The notes under the pieces were generated by a model. That model was not told the DNA's origin, did no database searches, and worked only from the letters and a program-made list of their open reading frames with translations. A stretch of DNA of 64,000 bases from assembly GCA_051382295.1 (NCBI GenBank), contig JBBCAW010000033.1, positions 1 through 64,000 of the forward strand, read 5' to 3'. Positions 1 to 10,553 of the stretch are shown here, piece after piece. Each line of letters starts with the position of its first letter. Positions within the stretch are counted from its first letter, which is position 1. The translations under genes and the position numbers were made by a program. This stretch comes from Bdellovibrionota bacterium FG-1. Lineage in GTDB: Bacteria; Bdellovibrionota; UBA1018.

Positions 1-1
1 C

Positions 2-1615
2 ACCCCAACTGGCGACCTACCTGCCGACGCCTACAGCCGTGCCGGCGAGGCACTTCCGGAAGGCTTCACTCAGTTCTCTGGATCTCAAGCTGAGTGGGAC
101 AAGCTCAAGACTGAAGGCAATCTCGTGCCGTTCACGGATACCAACAATCAAAATGCCTCCGATACCGCTCAGGCTCAGAAAGACCATGCCGAAGGCACCA
201 TCAACGCGTTCTTGCTCTTACACCCCGAGTTCAAAGATCAGATCGAGCAACTCACTGGCCCAGTGGACACCTCCACGCGTTCGGCGCAAGACGTGAACCT
301 CCGCCTTGAAGGTGGCGTTTATTTGCATGATGTCGTGCTCAAGGACGGCAAATCCCGCACCTATGCTTTGCTAGACAGCAACTACAGCCGCCAAATTCTC
401 GCGGGCGGGCTTGAAGCTTTCAGTCCGAACAAAGCCGCTCACAGCACAGCCAAAGTTTACGAACATTTTTACGATCTATTCAGCCAGGACCCACGCTTCA
501 AGGAGTTTGAAAGCCGTTTTAAGACTCCGGCGGACGTCTATAAAATGAAGGACGTAAAGTCGATTTTAGCTGAAGTCAGCCAGTTCGACGTCATCAAACA
601 ACTCAAGCCCATCTTACTGGACTTTGACCCCCGCCCGACTCCTCAAAATGAGGAGGGCTATGGCACCGGCGGCGATCGGCACACCAACTGGTGCTCGACC
701 TTGTCCACCCAAGGAGTGATGGGTTCAAGCTTCAAATTCCCGCTCAAATTTTACACCACTTCCGTGAAGGACCAAGCCGGTCGAGGGAGCTGCGTAGCTT
801 TCGGAGTGAATGCGGCCTTAGAAAGCGCCTGGGCGCGCGACACGGGCAACTACATCAACCTCTCCGAACAAGATCTTTACTACCACATGAAGGGCTTCTG
901 GTGGCCGATGGGTGACTCCTATGGGGACGGCTCCGACCAGCACGCGATTTTTGACCAAATGGTCTCGCTGGGTGGCGGCTATTACGTGCCCTTCGAAACT
1001 CAGTGGAACTATAATCCCTCGCTCAGTCGCACTCAAGATCCAGAACATTGTGGCCAACCCGGCTTCCCCGCTTGCCTGCGTAAATACACGCACTCCTGCG
1101 ATGGCTATTCAGAATTCTGTTCCGACACGAATCATCAAGGCCGCGCCGCGTGCATCCAATCCAATGGGTACAACTACTGTGGCTACGCCGGCCAGGTCGA
1201 TTCGACCGCACAGCAAGTTCGGGCCAAGGGTGACGCTGAACTTTGGGACATGGCCGACAAAGACAAATCAGTGGCATGGACGATGATCGCCCTGCTCTTG
1301 AAGTCTCCCGTAGTTGTCGGCCTCTCCGTGACGCCGAGCTTTGATGGTGTCGATGCGGATGGTTACGTTCATTACGCGGGAACCGGCGAAAAAAATCGAG
1401 GCGGCCACGCCCTCGAAGTCGTGGGCTTTATCGGTGATTCGTATCTCCCCGCGGGGGCCGCTAAAGCCGGCGCAGCTGGCGGTGGCGGTTATTTCATCAT
1501 CAAGAACAGCTGGGGCACCTGCGCCGGCGATGCGGGCTACTACTACATCCCGTACCAATGGATCAAAACCTATGCCTACTCAATGGTGGTTCTCAACGGA
1601 ATCAGCCATAAATAA
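2..1615 (+). CDS. Papain-like C1 family cysteine peptidase, 5' partial (frame is open back to the window start)
   Basis: VKDQAGRGSCVAF (oxyanion Q, catalytic C), LSEQDL, GGHALEVVG (catalytic H), FIIKNSWG (N); no stop in frame 2 from position 2 to the GTG at 125. Confidence 0.9.
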   Translation, partial: TPTGDLPADAYSRAGEALPEGFTQFSGSQAEWDKLKTEGNLVPFTDTNNQNASDTAQAQKDHAEGTINAFLLLHPEFKDQIEQLTGPVDTSTRSAQDVNLRLEGGVYLHDVVLKDGKSRTYALLDSNYSRQILAGGLEAFSPNKAAHSTAKVYEHFYDLFSQDPRFKEFESRFKTPADVYKMKDVKSILAEVSQFDVIKQLKPILLDFDPRPTPQNEEGYGTGGDRHTNWCSTLSTQGVMGSSFKFPLKFYTTSVKDQAGRGSCVAFGVNAALESAWARDTGNYINLSEQDLYYHMKGFWWPMGDSYGDGSDQHAIFDQMVSLGGGYYVPFETQWNYNPSLSRTQDPEHCGQPGFPACLRKYTHSCDGYSEFCSDTNHQGRAACIQSNGYNYCGYAGQVDSTAQQVRAKGDAELWDMADKDKSVAWTMIALLLKSPVVVGLSVTPSFDGVDADGYVHYAGTGEKNRGGHALEVVGFIGDSYLPAGAAKAGAAGGGGYFIIKNSWGTCAGDAGYYYIPYQWIKTYAYSMVVLNGISHK

Positions 1616-1642
1616 GCCAAAAGTCAGGTCCTGATACTCATG

Positions 1643-1676
1643 AAGGCCGGGGCAGTTGCTCCGGCCTTTACCCTTT
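1643..1676. terminator. Probable bidirectional intrinsic terminator between the peptidase and tRNA-Leu
   Basis: Hairpin AAGGCCGGGGC-agtt-GCTCCGGCCTT between convergent genes, followed by a T-rich tail. Confidence 0.6.
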
Positions 1677-1681
1677 TGGTG

Positions 1682-1770
1682 TGGTGCCGAGGACCGGAAT
1701 CGAACCGGTACGCCCCTTTCGAGACTCAGGATTTTAAGTCCTGTGCGTCTACCAATTTCGCCACCCCGGC
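1682..1770 (-). tRNA. tRNA-Leu(TAA)
   Basis: Reverse complement reads GCCGGGGTGGCGAAATTGGTAGACGCACAGGACTTAAAATCCTG...GGTTCGATTCCGGTCCTCGGCACCA; anticodon TAA, long variable arm, encoded CCA. Confidence 0.97.
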
Positions 1771-1794
1771 ACGGGATAACTCAAGAAGAGTCTC

Positions 1795-2745
1795 TTACTT
1801 AACTCGTTTTTGTGCTCCTGCCAACTGTTGGAGTGTGGCAGCGGCCCCAATTGTGTCAGAAATCACATAAAGGTGAATTCCGGGAGCCCCATAAGCCCTC
1901 AATTTCTGAACTTGACGGACCAAGGCATCCACTCCACGAGCAATGGCATCGGGACCATCCACTTCTGGGAGCATATCCAGCGTCGAGCGAGGGACGCTCA
2001 CTTTGAACCGCGCCGCCATCTTCATGGCCTGCTCTCGGGTCTTTAGAAGCCGAGTCCCGGGCAAAATAGGCACTTCAATCCCCTGCTTGACACAAAGGTC
2101 TCGATAGCGGGCATAAACTTCAGGATCAAAAAGCATGTCGGTCATCCCGTACTCAGCACCGGCATCGACTTTGATCTTGAAATACTCCCAGCTCGCCTGC
2201 TCATCAGCAAACTCAGGGTAGACGGCCGCGCCGATACAAAAATCAGTTTTTTCGCTTCCCTCAGGCTGGGGTCCCCCTGGACGAGGAAGGTACTTACCCT
2301 CATTTAAGTCTTTGATTTGCTTAATGAGTTCATAGGCAAAATTGTATCCACCCTCACGTGGTTTCCACTCGGGCTGCCCATTCGGGGGATCTCCCCGCAG
2401 GGCCAAAATATTTCGCACCCCAAAATAGTGATGATCCATCAACTGATTTTCGACTTCGGCTGGAGTCAAATCCCGGCAGGTAAAATGCGCAATCGCCGGA
2501 ATCTGAAACTGGTCTTTAATCACCTGCGTGATCGGAAGACTGCCGCCGCGAAGACTGCCGCCCGCCCCCTTCGTGACCGAAAGAAACTGCGCTCCCGCAT
2601 CAACCAGCGTATGAACCTGCGCTAAAACCTTCGCCTGTTCCGAACCATTTCGAGGCGGAATGATCTCGGCAGAAAGAGTAAAGCGATACCGATTCAAAAA
2701 ATCCGTCAGTTTCAAATCGGGCTTGAACGGAAAATGCACCATCAT
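1795..2745 (-). CDS. metF: Methylenetetrahydrofolate reductase-like flavoprotein (divergent)
   Basis: SAEIIPP, LSVTKGAGGS, AHFTCRD, NILALRGDPP, GAAVYPE, KVDAGA motifs. Confidence 0.85.
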   Translation of the reverse strand: MMVHFPFKPDLKLTDFLNRYRFTLSAEIIPPRNGSEQAKVLAQVHTLVDAGAQFLSVTKGAGGSLRGGSLPITQVIKDQFQIPAIAHFTCRDLTPAEVENQLMDHHYFGVRNILALRGDPPNGQPEWKPREGGYNFAYELIKQIKDLNEGKYLPRPGGPQPEGSEKTDFCIGAAVYPEFADEQASWEYFKIKVDAGAEYGMTDMLFDPEVYARYRDLCVKQGIEVPILPGTRLLKTREQAMKMAARFKVSVPRSTLDMLPEVDGPDAIARGVDALVRQVQKLRAYGAPGIHLYVISDTIGAAATLQQLAGAQKRVK

Positions 2746-4274
2746 GAATGAATTTGCTCCGGGGTCCGATCATCATAGCATTCAAATGGAATGTCCAGCT
2801 CACAAGCCAAGGCTTTGAGTTCGGCCAGATAATCGCCACAAACCGTCATCGGATGATTGGAGTTAATCTTTTGTTCAATGCGACCGCAAAGCTTGAGGTA
2901 CCAATGCGGCCAATCAGGACTACACTTTGCCGAACGCTCTAGCCATTGTTCATGAGTCGGCACATCAGTCACGCCACGGCCCGCACACAAATAGAGGCGG
3001 TTATTGCGATAAGAGAACCGAGCCCAAGTGACTACTCCGGGTTTGCGCACCACCACCGAGGAGGTTCCTCCGCCATGCGCAAAGTACATCGGCGTCTGAC
3101 GCTCCGACCAGGCGCCGGCGAACGAATCATCCCGTCCCTGCGCAAAGAAGGGAGCGAGCGAGCCTGAATTCACAAACCAATACAGCCCTTGCTTGGAATC
3201 CCAATAGCGCAAGTCATTGAAGCCCACGGGTTCGCCCTGAGCGAACATTTTGAGCACTTGCATCGTCAAAGCGGCACCGTCGTCCGCTTCGGTCGAAGCG
3301 ACAAACGTGGTTCCATCTCCCTCAGGACGCAGGCGATTATTCAAAAGACCCAAAGTCAAATCGGTCGCCGGATAATGGTCAATCCAATCCAGTTGATCCT
3401 GAACGCCGATAAAATCCAGGCCGTATTCTTTTTTAAGATCTAAGAGCGCAAAATAAACCTTCATCTGAAAAACGACCATTTCGCGCGTCAGTTCGCGAGA
3501 AGGATCTTTCCCTAAACGAATATCGAACTCATGATCGATCAAATACTGCACGGCCTTTTCAGCTCGTTTCGTCGGAATTTTGTCCGCCATTTTGGCTAAT
3601 CTCAGTCCATCAAAACCCTCGCGCGCTACGCCAAAAATTTGCAAAAAATCAGCTTCGGAAATCTTGTTCCACATTTGCATCGAACGTGGACCGATCGCTC
3701 CATAAATTTGTCCACGAAGCTGTTCACGAACACGGCGAGCAGCCGCGATGGCCTTGGCCGTCACATCGACTTCGATCGTTTCAGGACACTCTGGCTCGTA
3801 CTTCCCCGTATGCAAAAACGTGGAAATCGCGTGCTCGTAGTCTTCATGGCGGTCAAAATGTTCCACAAAAAGCCGGCTTGTTTTGATTCCTACATGGGCC
3901 GTCCCAGATGCCGCAGCCAACAGACCGACCGCCCCCGGATAATCCGAAATCGCGCTTCCCAGCATCAACTTGGGGGTCGCTTCGGGTAAGTGCCACATCG
4001 GAGTCACCGAAAAATCGGGATAAGCCCACCCGGCCATGAAATTGATAAACCGCTGCCCCTTGGCTTCCTTGATGACACGAAGCCCCTCCGCCACGCTCGA
4101 AACTGGCTTATCCGCATTGAGAGGATTAGCCTTCCAACCACATTTTTCGATGACGGCAATAAGTTGCTTGAGCTGGTTGCTCGCTACCGGCCAAACCGTT
4201 CGATTCGGTTCATCGCGGCCGTCGAGCGGCATGTAGATATCGACCACTTTTGCATTCATCGTATGGTTGTTCAT
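2742..4274 (-). CDS. L-fucose/L-arabinose isomerase-family sugar isomerase
   Basis: GWAYPD, DFIGVQDQLDW, ASTEADDGAALTMQVL, FNDLR, NSNHP-type motifs; lies directly after a ribulokinase. Confidence 0.75.
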   Translation of the reverse strand: MNNHTMNAKVVDIYMPLDGRDEPNRTVWPVASNQLKQLIAVIEKCGWKANPLNADKPVSSVAEGLRVIKEAKGQRFINFMAGWAYPDFSVTPMWHLPEATPKLMLGSAISDYPGAVGLLAAASGTAHVGIKTSRLFVEHFDRHEDYEHAISTFLHTGKYEPECPETIEVDVTAKAIAAARRVREQLRGQIYGAIGPRSMQMWNKISEADFLQIFGVAREGFDGLRLAKMADKIPTKRAEKAVQYLIDHEFDIRLGKDPSRELTREMVVFQMKVYFALLDLKKEYGLDFIGVQDQLDWIDHYPATDLTLGLLNNRLRPEGDGTTFVASTEADDGAALTMQVLKMFAQGEPVGFNDLRYWDSKQGLYWFVNSGSLAPFFAQGRDDSFAGAWSERQTPMYFAHGGGTSSVVVRKPGVVTWARFSYRNNRLYLCAGRGVTDVPTHEQWLERSAKCSPDWPHWYLKLCGRIEQKINSNHPMTVCGDYLAELKALACELDIPFECYDDRTPEQIHS

Positions 4275-4280
4275 AAGTCC

Positions 4281-5924
4281 TTATTTCCCCTTCATCGCTT
4301 TAAGACGTGCCATCAATTGAGGCTGACGTCCAAACTGTTCCATCAAATCCCGATACATCAAATAAAGCTCGTCGTAAACGGTCGAGGCTCGCGGTTCAAA
4401 AACCCTTTGATGAGGCTTCGTCATCCGAACAATCGCCTCTTCAAGGATCGCAAAACCGCCTTCAGCCGGTCCTGCCGCCAACGCGCCAAAAATAGCTGCA
4501 CCCAACGCCACCGCCTGATTTGAAGCCGCCACATGAACCGGCAAGCCCGTGACATCCGCGTAAATTTGCATCACCAGCGGATCGCAGGTTAAACCGCCAC
4601 AAACCACCAATTCGTTCACTGGAATCCCCGCACCTCGATGCGCCTCGATAATCGCGCGAGTACCAAAAGCGGTAGCCTCGATCAAAGCACGGTAGACTTC
4701 TTCGGGTTTCGTATCGAGCGTCAGGCCCATGATCATTCCGGTTAAATCAGCGTTCATCAAGGGACTGCGATTGCCATTCATCCAATCGAGTGCAAGCAAA
4801 CCCGAAGCACCGGGACGCAAGGCCGCCGCTTTTGCAGACAGCTCTTCAAAGCTATGCCCGATAAATTTCCGCGCAAACCAGCCAAAGATATCGCCCACTG
4901 CAGACTGACCGGATTCATAACCCACAAAACCAGGGATAATGCCATCACGCACAGCACCGGCGCAGCCATCAAAAAGTTTGAGTTGACGCGAAAGCGCCAT
5001 ATGACAAGTGGACGTCCCCATAATCATGGACATCGGACCTTCGCAATAAACACCCATGCCCGCTACGCCACTATGAGCATCAATGGTCGCCGCCGAAACT
5101 GGAGTTCCTTCAACGAGGCCCGTTTTCTCGGCAAAACTTCGCGAAACCCCACCCGCCCGCGAACCGGGAGCCACGATGTTTTTGAGCCATTTTTCATCAA
5201 GATCACGAAGAGCCGGCAGTGTCGGATCCAACGCTCCCAAGAAGGCTTTCGTAGGAAAACCCGACTCCGCATTCCACAGCCCTTTGTACCCTGCCGCGCA
5301 AGAGTTGCGCACAAACTGACCGGTCATCTGCTGCACGAACCAGTCCCCTGCATCGACAATATAAGTCGCGGCTTGATAAACGGCAGGAGCCTTGCGCGCT
5401 ATTTCGAGACATTTAGGCAGCATCCATTCGCTTGAAATCGTGCCGCTGTAATACTTCAAAAACGGCTCTTGCCGTTCCCGCGCCACGGCATTAATCCGGT
5501 CGGCCTCAGTTTGCGCGGCATGATGCTTCCATAGCTTGACCCAGGCATGAGGTTCAGTCTTGAACTCATCCAGCAACATCAAGGGCGTACCGTCCGCCCG
5601 GATTGGAAGGATCGTGCAAGCCGTAAAATCCACGCCAATGCCATTAATCGAGGCCGCCGGAACCGTCGTTAAAACCTGGCGAATCGCGCGCGTGGCGGCA
5701 TCGACGTAATCCCCCGCATGTTGAAGCGCAAAATCAGCCGGTAACTTTTGGCTCGTCCCTGGAAGCACATCGGTAATCACCCCATGCGGATACCGCTCGA
5801 CGGCTTCAGCCATCTCAACGCCTCGATGAGTATCAATGGCCAAAACGCGCACCGATTCCGTACCAAAATCAATTCCGAGCGCAATCTTTCTTTGCGAATT
5901 TAGGGTCAAATTCATGGGATCCAC
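4281..5924 (-). CDS. araB: Ribulokinase (FGGY carbohydrate kinase); the start may be a few codons downstream
   Basis: GIDFGTESVR, GIGVDFTACT, WVKLWKHHAAQ, ISSEW, IMGTSTCH, LDWMNGNRSPL, EATAFG. Confidence 0.92.
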   Translation of the reverse strand: MDPMNLTLNSQRKIALGIDFGTESVRVLAIDTHRGVEMAEAVERYPHGVITDVLPGTSQKLPADFALQHAGDYVDAATRAIRQVLTTVPAASINGIGVDFTACTILPIRADGTPLMLLDEFKTEPHAWVKLWKHHAAQTEADRINAVARERQEPFLKYYSGTISSEWMLPKCLEIARKAPAVYQAATYIVDAGDWFVQQMTGQFVRNSCAAGYKGLWNAESGFPTKAFLGALDPTLPALRDLDEKWLKNIVAPGSRAGGVSRSFAEKTGLVEGTPVSAATIDAHSGVAGMGVYCEGPMSMIMGTSTCHMALSRQLKLFDGCAGAVRDGIIPGFVGYESGQSAVGDIFGWFARKFIGHSFEELSAKAAALRPGASGLLALDWMNGNRSPLMNADLTGMIMGLTLDTKPEEVYRALIEATAFGTRAIIEAHRGAGIPVNELVVCGGLTCDPLVMQIYADVTGLPVHVAASNQAVALGAAIFGALAAGPAEGGFAILEEAIVRMTKPHQRVFEPRASTVYDELYLMYRDLMEQFGRQPQLMARLKAMKGK

Positions 5925-6853
5925 TCTCCACCTTTACTCAGGTTTTCGGGGGTAAAAAAATGAGATTTGAGAGTAATCTCTTGCGCCACTTTTTGGCCCT
6001 GCAAAATTTGAAGCCCAGTCTCCACCGCCTCACGACCTCCCGTAGGATATTCAAAACTTGCCTTCAATATTCCTTGCCGAACGTAGGCCTGTCCCTCTTG
6101 CGGCAATCCATCAATGCCCACAAAAAGCATGTTTTTCTCGCGTCCCGCCGCTTTAGCAGCCAAATAGGCTCCGTGCGCGCCCGGATCGTTATGAGCGTAA
6201 ACGACATCAATAGAGGACTGGACGGCTAGCGCGGACTCCATTTCTTTGCGGGCATTCGGCTCGAGCCACTTCATATCCGCATCAAAAACCACTTGCACGC
6301 CGGTTCCCTGAATGCCCTCACGAAAACCCCGATCGCGATCCTGCCCAGGCGTTGAGGTCATCAAACCCTTGAGCTCAACGACCTTGGCTTTGCCGCCCGA
6401 ATGTTTCACAATCCACTGTCCTGCGGCCCGACCAATTTTACGGTTATCCGCACCAATAAAGGTCGTAAATTCTTTGCCGAGCACCCGTCGGTCCAGCACG
6501 ACCACTGGAATCCCTTTGCGATATGCTTCCGCAATCGGAGGAGTCAGAGGGGCGGCTTCTTTTGGCGAAACAATAATCAGATTTACGCCGGCATTCACAA
6601 ATTCTTCGACTTGAGCGCGCTGCTTGAGGGTGTCGTTTTGGGCATCTTTGAAAATCACTTCGACCTCAGGATGTTTCGCCGCCGCCGCTCGAATATCAGC
6701 ATTCATTTGGACGCGCCAAGGCTCGCCCAAATTGCACTGACTCATTCCGATGACCCATTTTTTGGCCTGCGGCAAAGCGTAGGCCGAAGATGCAACACTC
6801 CCCAGAAGAACCCCACCCAAAGACAGAAAAAATGCAAAATTTTTCATTTCCAA
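5912..6853 (-). CDS. Sugar ABC transporter periplasmic substrate-binding protein (RbsB-like)
   Basis: Signal peptide; GIPVVVLDR, FIGADN, VYAHND, VGIDG motifs. Confidence 0.9.
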   Translation of the reverse strand: MEMKNFAFFLSLGGVLLGSVASSAYALPQAKKWVIGMSQCNLGEPWRVQMNADIRAAAAKHPEVEVIFKDAQNDTLKQRAQVEEFVNAGVNLIIVSPKEAAPLTPPIAEAYRKGIPVVVLDRRVLGKEFTTFIGADNRKIGRAAGQWIVKHSGGKAKVVELKGLMTSTPGQDRDRGFREGIQGTGVQVVFDADMKWLEPNARKEMESALAVQSSIDVVYAHNDPGAHGAYLAAKAAGREKNMLFVGIDGLPQEGQAYVRQGILKASFEYPTGGREAVETGLQILQGQKVAQEITLKSHFFTPENLSKGGEWIP

Positions 6854-6881
6854 TTGACCCTTTTCTTCTTAACTTTTCTGG

Positions 6882-7859
6882 TTACCTTTGTCGGCGCTGA
6901 AATAAAACCGCCGCAATAATAATCAAGCCCGTCAGCATCAGCCGCATCGGCTCACCGACGGCATTGATGCTCAATATTTTTTCAAGGTATCCGATAGTCA
7001 GAGCGCCCAGGAACGTAAAAACCACACTCCCTCGCCCCCCCGTTAAACTCGTCCCTCCGATCACCACCATTGCTATTGCCGAAAGTTCGTAACCCACTCC
7101 GGCCTCTGGATCTCCCTGTTGTTCTTGGACCGCCTGACAAATTCCAGCCACCGCACTAAAAAAACCACAAAGAGCATACGCCAGAAGCTTGATTCCGTGA
7201 ACCGGAACGCCCGAAAGGCGCGCCGCTTCTTCGTTGCCCCCTGTCGCATAGAGATAACGACCGAAACGGAGCTTGGCAAGCAGAACCCAGCACAAAATCA
7301 CGCTAAAAAAGAAAATAACCGTGACGACCGCGATGTTTTCGCCCCAGATTTTCTGATCCAAAATTTCAAAAATTCGGGGCAGATCAACATAGGTAAAGGA
7401 ACCATCCGGGGCCTGAATCGCCCGGGAAATCTTTTGCCCCCCCGAAAGCCATTTTGCCGCACCACGCGCCAAAACCATGAGCGCAAGCGTCGCAATAAAA
7501 GGCTGAATTTTTAGCCGCGAAACCAAGGTTCCCGACACTAAGCCGCTCAAAGTCCCGGCACCCAAACAAACTCCGATGGCCAGCCACGCAGGCCATCCCT
7601 GCTGCAGGGCAAGAATCGAAAACAACACCGAAACCAGCCCCAAAACACTTCCGACCGCGAGATCGATGCCGCCAGTAATGACTACCAGTGTCATACCGCA
7701 AGCCAAGATCCCGTAAACGGAGACCTGGCGCAACATGTCGCGGTGAGTGCTCCAATGATAAAACGTCCCTGAGGGATTAAAAATCAGACCGAGGAATAAC
7801 ACCAAAACCAAAGCCGCCAGTGCCCGCACCCAAGGTTTTCCAAACTTAAGCCCCTTCAT
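6882..7859 (-). CDS. Sugar ABC transporter permease (RbsC-like)
   Basis: ITGGIDLAVGS, PFIATL, GGNEEAARLSG, YELSAIAMVVIGGTSLTGG. Confidence 0.93.
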   Translation of the reverse strand: MKGLKFGKPWVRALAALVLVLFLGLIFNPSGTFYHWSTHRDMLRQVSVYGILACGMTLVVITGGIDLAVGSVLGLVSVLFSILALQQGWPAWLAIGVCLGAGTLSGLVSGTLVSRLKIQPFIATLALMVLARGAAKWLSGGQKISRAIQAPDGSFTYVDLPRIFEILDQKIWGENIAVVTVIFFFSVILCWVLLAKLRFGRYLYATGGNEEAARLSGVPVHGIKLLAYALCGFFSAVAGICQAVQEQQGDPEAGVGYELSAIAMVVIGGTSLTGGRGSVVFTFLGALTIGYLEKILSINAVGEPMRLMLTGLIIIAAVLFQRRQR

Positions 7860-9388
7860 GGAATCTCCCTCCCCATCGCAGCAGCCAGAATTTTCTCGGG
7901 TGTAGCCTCACTGCCGAGATATTCTGCCGTCACCCTTCCCCGATGCATGACTAAAACCCGATCAGAAAGGGCTAAAAGCTCGGGCATTTCTGACGAAATC
8001 AAAACGACCGCTAGCCCCTTTTCCGTCAGCCCCCGAATCAACCGATAAATTTCATGTTTGGCGCCGACATCCACCCCGCGCGTCGGCTCATCCAAAAAAA
8101 GAACCCGCGGATGAGTTTCGAGCCATTTAGCAAAGGCCACTTTTTGCTGATTTCCACCGGATAAAGTCGAAACCTCTTGTTCGATCGAAGTGGATCGAAT
8201 GCGAAGACTTTGTCCCTGGGCTAGGGCGTGGGCCCTTTCTTTTTTGGGACTTAACCAGCCACAACGCGAAAAGCACTTAAGCGACGCAAGCGTGATATTT
8301 TGTTGAATTCCGAGCGAAAGCACCAGGCCGGTGGCCTTGCGGTCATTCGTAAGAAGGGCAAGCCCCTTTTGAATTGCTTCACGCGGAGAACGAATCAAAA
8401 CCGCATTTCCGTCCAAAAACACTTGGCCTTGAGTCAGCTTTCCGTAACTTCCAAAAATCGCATTCAAAAGCTCACTATTGCCCGACCCCTGAAGTCCGGC
8501 CAGTCCCAAGACTTCACCGGCACGCACCTGAAAGGACACGTCCCTCACGCCAGGCGCTTCAACCCCTCGCACTTCAAGCTGCACGGGGGCCTGGGGTTGA
8601 TAAGGCTCAGATCGCGCCGGAAACTGCTCTTTCATTTCACGGCCGATCATCCACTGAATTAATTCGGACTCCGGGAGATCCTGGGCGTGAGCAGTTCCCA
8701 CACATGCACCATCCCGCAGAACCGTAATCCGATCGGCTAAACGTTGGATTTCTTCCATTTTGTGCGAAATATAGATGATGCCATATCCTGCCGCCTTGAG
8801 GGAGCTGATGAGCCCAAAAAGTCGCTCCACTTCAGGAGCGCTCAGCGTACTCGTGGGCTCGTCCATGATCAAAAGCTGCGCACTCGATGGATTTTGCTCT
8901 TTTTGAGCCAAGGCCTTCGCGATTTCGATCCCGCTTTGCACGGAGATGGGATAATCTTCTACCGGTTTTCGAACATCCACTTCAAGACCCAAACGTTCAC
9001 AAAGTTCCGCGGCTTTTTTATATTGCTCGGCGGGCCTGAGCCACTGCCTCAGTGTTCGGCGTGCGGTCTTTTCGTGACCCAGAAAAATATTTTCAGCCAC
9101 GCTGAGCGATCCGATCAGCGAAAGCTCCTGATGAATCACCGAGAGCCCGCACCGAACGGCATCCATGGGCGACGCGAAGCGAACCGGTTTTCCATTCAAC
9201 CAAAGACTTCCTTCGTCCGGCTGATGCACCCCTGCCAAAATTTTAATCAACGTACTTTTGCCCGCACCGTTTTCACCCGCAAGAATGTGAACCTCGCCGG
9301 CTCTCACCTCAAAGGAGACCTCGCGAAGAACACGATTTGCGGAAAACGATTTACTGAGGCCTTCAGCCCGCAGCAGGCTCGGTTGCAC
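7856..9388 (-). CDS. Sugar ABC transporter ATP-binding protein (RbsA-like, two ATPase domains)
   Basis: GENGAGKST, LIMDEPT, LSGGNQQK, LDEPTRGVDVGAK. Confidence 0.95.
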   Translation of the reverse strand: MQPSLLRAEGLSKSFSANRVLREVSFEVRAGEVHILAGENGAGKSTLIKILAGVHQPDEGSLWLNGKPVRFASPMDAVRCGLSVIHQELSLIGSLSVAENIFLGHEKTARRTLRQWLRPAEQYKKAAELCERLGLEVDVRKPVEDYPISVQSGIEIAKALAQKEQNPSSAQLLIMDEPTSTLSAPEVERLFGLISSLKAAGYGIIYISHKMEEIQRLADRITVLRDGACVGTAHAQDLPESELIQWMIGREMKEQFPARSEPYQPQAPVQLEVRGVEAPGVRDVSFQVRAGEVLGLAGLQGSGNSELLNAIFGSYGKLTQGQVFLDGNAVLIRSPREAIQKGLALLTNDRKATGLVLSLGIQQNITLASLKCFSRCGWLSPKKERAHALAQGQSLRIRSTSIEQEVSTLSGGNQQKVAFAKWLETHPRVLFLDEPTRGVDVGAKHEIYRLIRGLTEKGLAVVLISSEMPELLALSDRVLVMHRGRVTAEYLGSEATPEKILAAAMGREIP

Positions 9389-9642
9389 TGAGGTCCATCC
9401 CCCTGGGTTAATTAAGGAGGATATAACTTGAAGGAACGGTAATGGCTAGGAAATCTGGGTTCCTCTTGAGGGATGCTGCGATGCACCCAAGGGAGCGCCG
9501 GGTCCAGCGGCCCGGGCCTATACCCACCTCCGCAAGGAATGGGTGTTTGGTGGAAAAAAATGAATGAGGATTGGGCAAGAGGTCCTATAAGGAGTTGATT
9601 TTTACCCTTTATAAACCATTGCCCCAATGTTACAAACCCAGA

Positions 9643-10221
9643 ATGGCGCAAAACAAACAACCCACCCTCCCCGGTTTTAATTTCAAAACCAGCGGGGCCT
9701 CGCACGGTGGCGATCTCAATCAAGGCAAGCGCAAAACCGCGCGTCCGATAGATCCCAAGCAGGCAGTGCACCTCGTCCTGCGCTCATCCATGGCCCGGGG
9801 CCAATATTCGATGCTCAGAAAGGCCAACAGCGAAGCGATTGAGGCACTTCTGCAAAAGCTGGCCAAAAAATGGGACGTGCGGGTTTTTCGGTACGCCAAT
9901 GTGGGCAATCACCTCCACCTCCTGCTCCGTGTGCGCTCCCGCGCGGTTTGGAAGCGTTTTTTGCGGCAGTTTGCCGGCGGAATTGCGATGATCGTAACCG
10001 GCGCACGCAAAGGTCACGGCCGGGCGCCTAATTCGACCGGGCGCACGTTTTGGGACGAACTCGCGTTCACGCGCATCGTAAACTTCGGACGCGATTTCGA
10101 TCGCGTGGCGAGGTATCTGGTCAAAAACCTGTTTGAAGCCATGGGTATCCCCATGAAAGAGCTTTTAGCCGAGGGTTATCGAATTTGCGTGATCAGCAAA
10201 ACAGGCCTGGTGCCTATCTAG
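9643..10221 (+). mobile_element. HUH (Y1) tyrosine transposase, REP-associated (RAYT)/IS200-like
   Basis: VHLVLRS, YANVGNHLHLLL (HUH motif), FW...FTR, ARYLVKN (catalytic Tyr); ATG at 9643 preferred over TTG at 9571. Confidence 0.8.
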
Positions 10222-10553
10222 ATGCAAATTTTAACGCTTCTATTTTTGACCTTGATCGCAGTACTCCCTTCTTGCAAAGGCATGGGCTCAACCTTCCTGC
10301 AACGACCCCAACGTCTTTTCAATTCAGCGTCTTTATTTCCCAAACCAAGCCGGCTCACCCCAATTTAACTACCGCTTTAGATGGACCCACGGGGGGCGGG
10401 ATGCAATCAAGAGATCACGTCCAAGACGCCCTTGCCACTCTAGCCGCAGTCAGAGCAAAAAATACTATTTACTACGGAAGTTCCTGGCACCGTATTTCAA
10501 GGATTTGTCGACCAATGCAATGCGCTCAAAGTGCTTCCTATCGGGGCGGTGAT

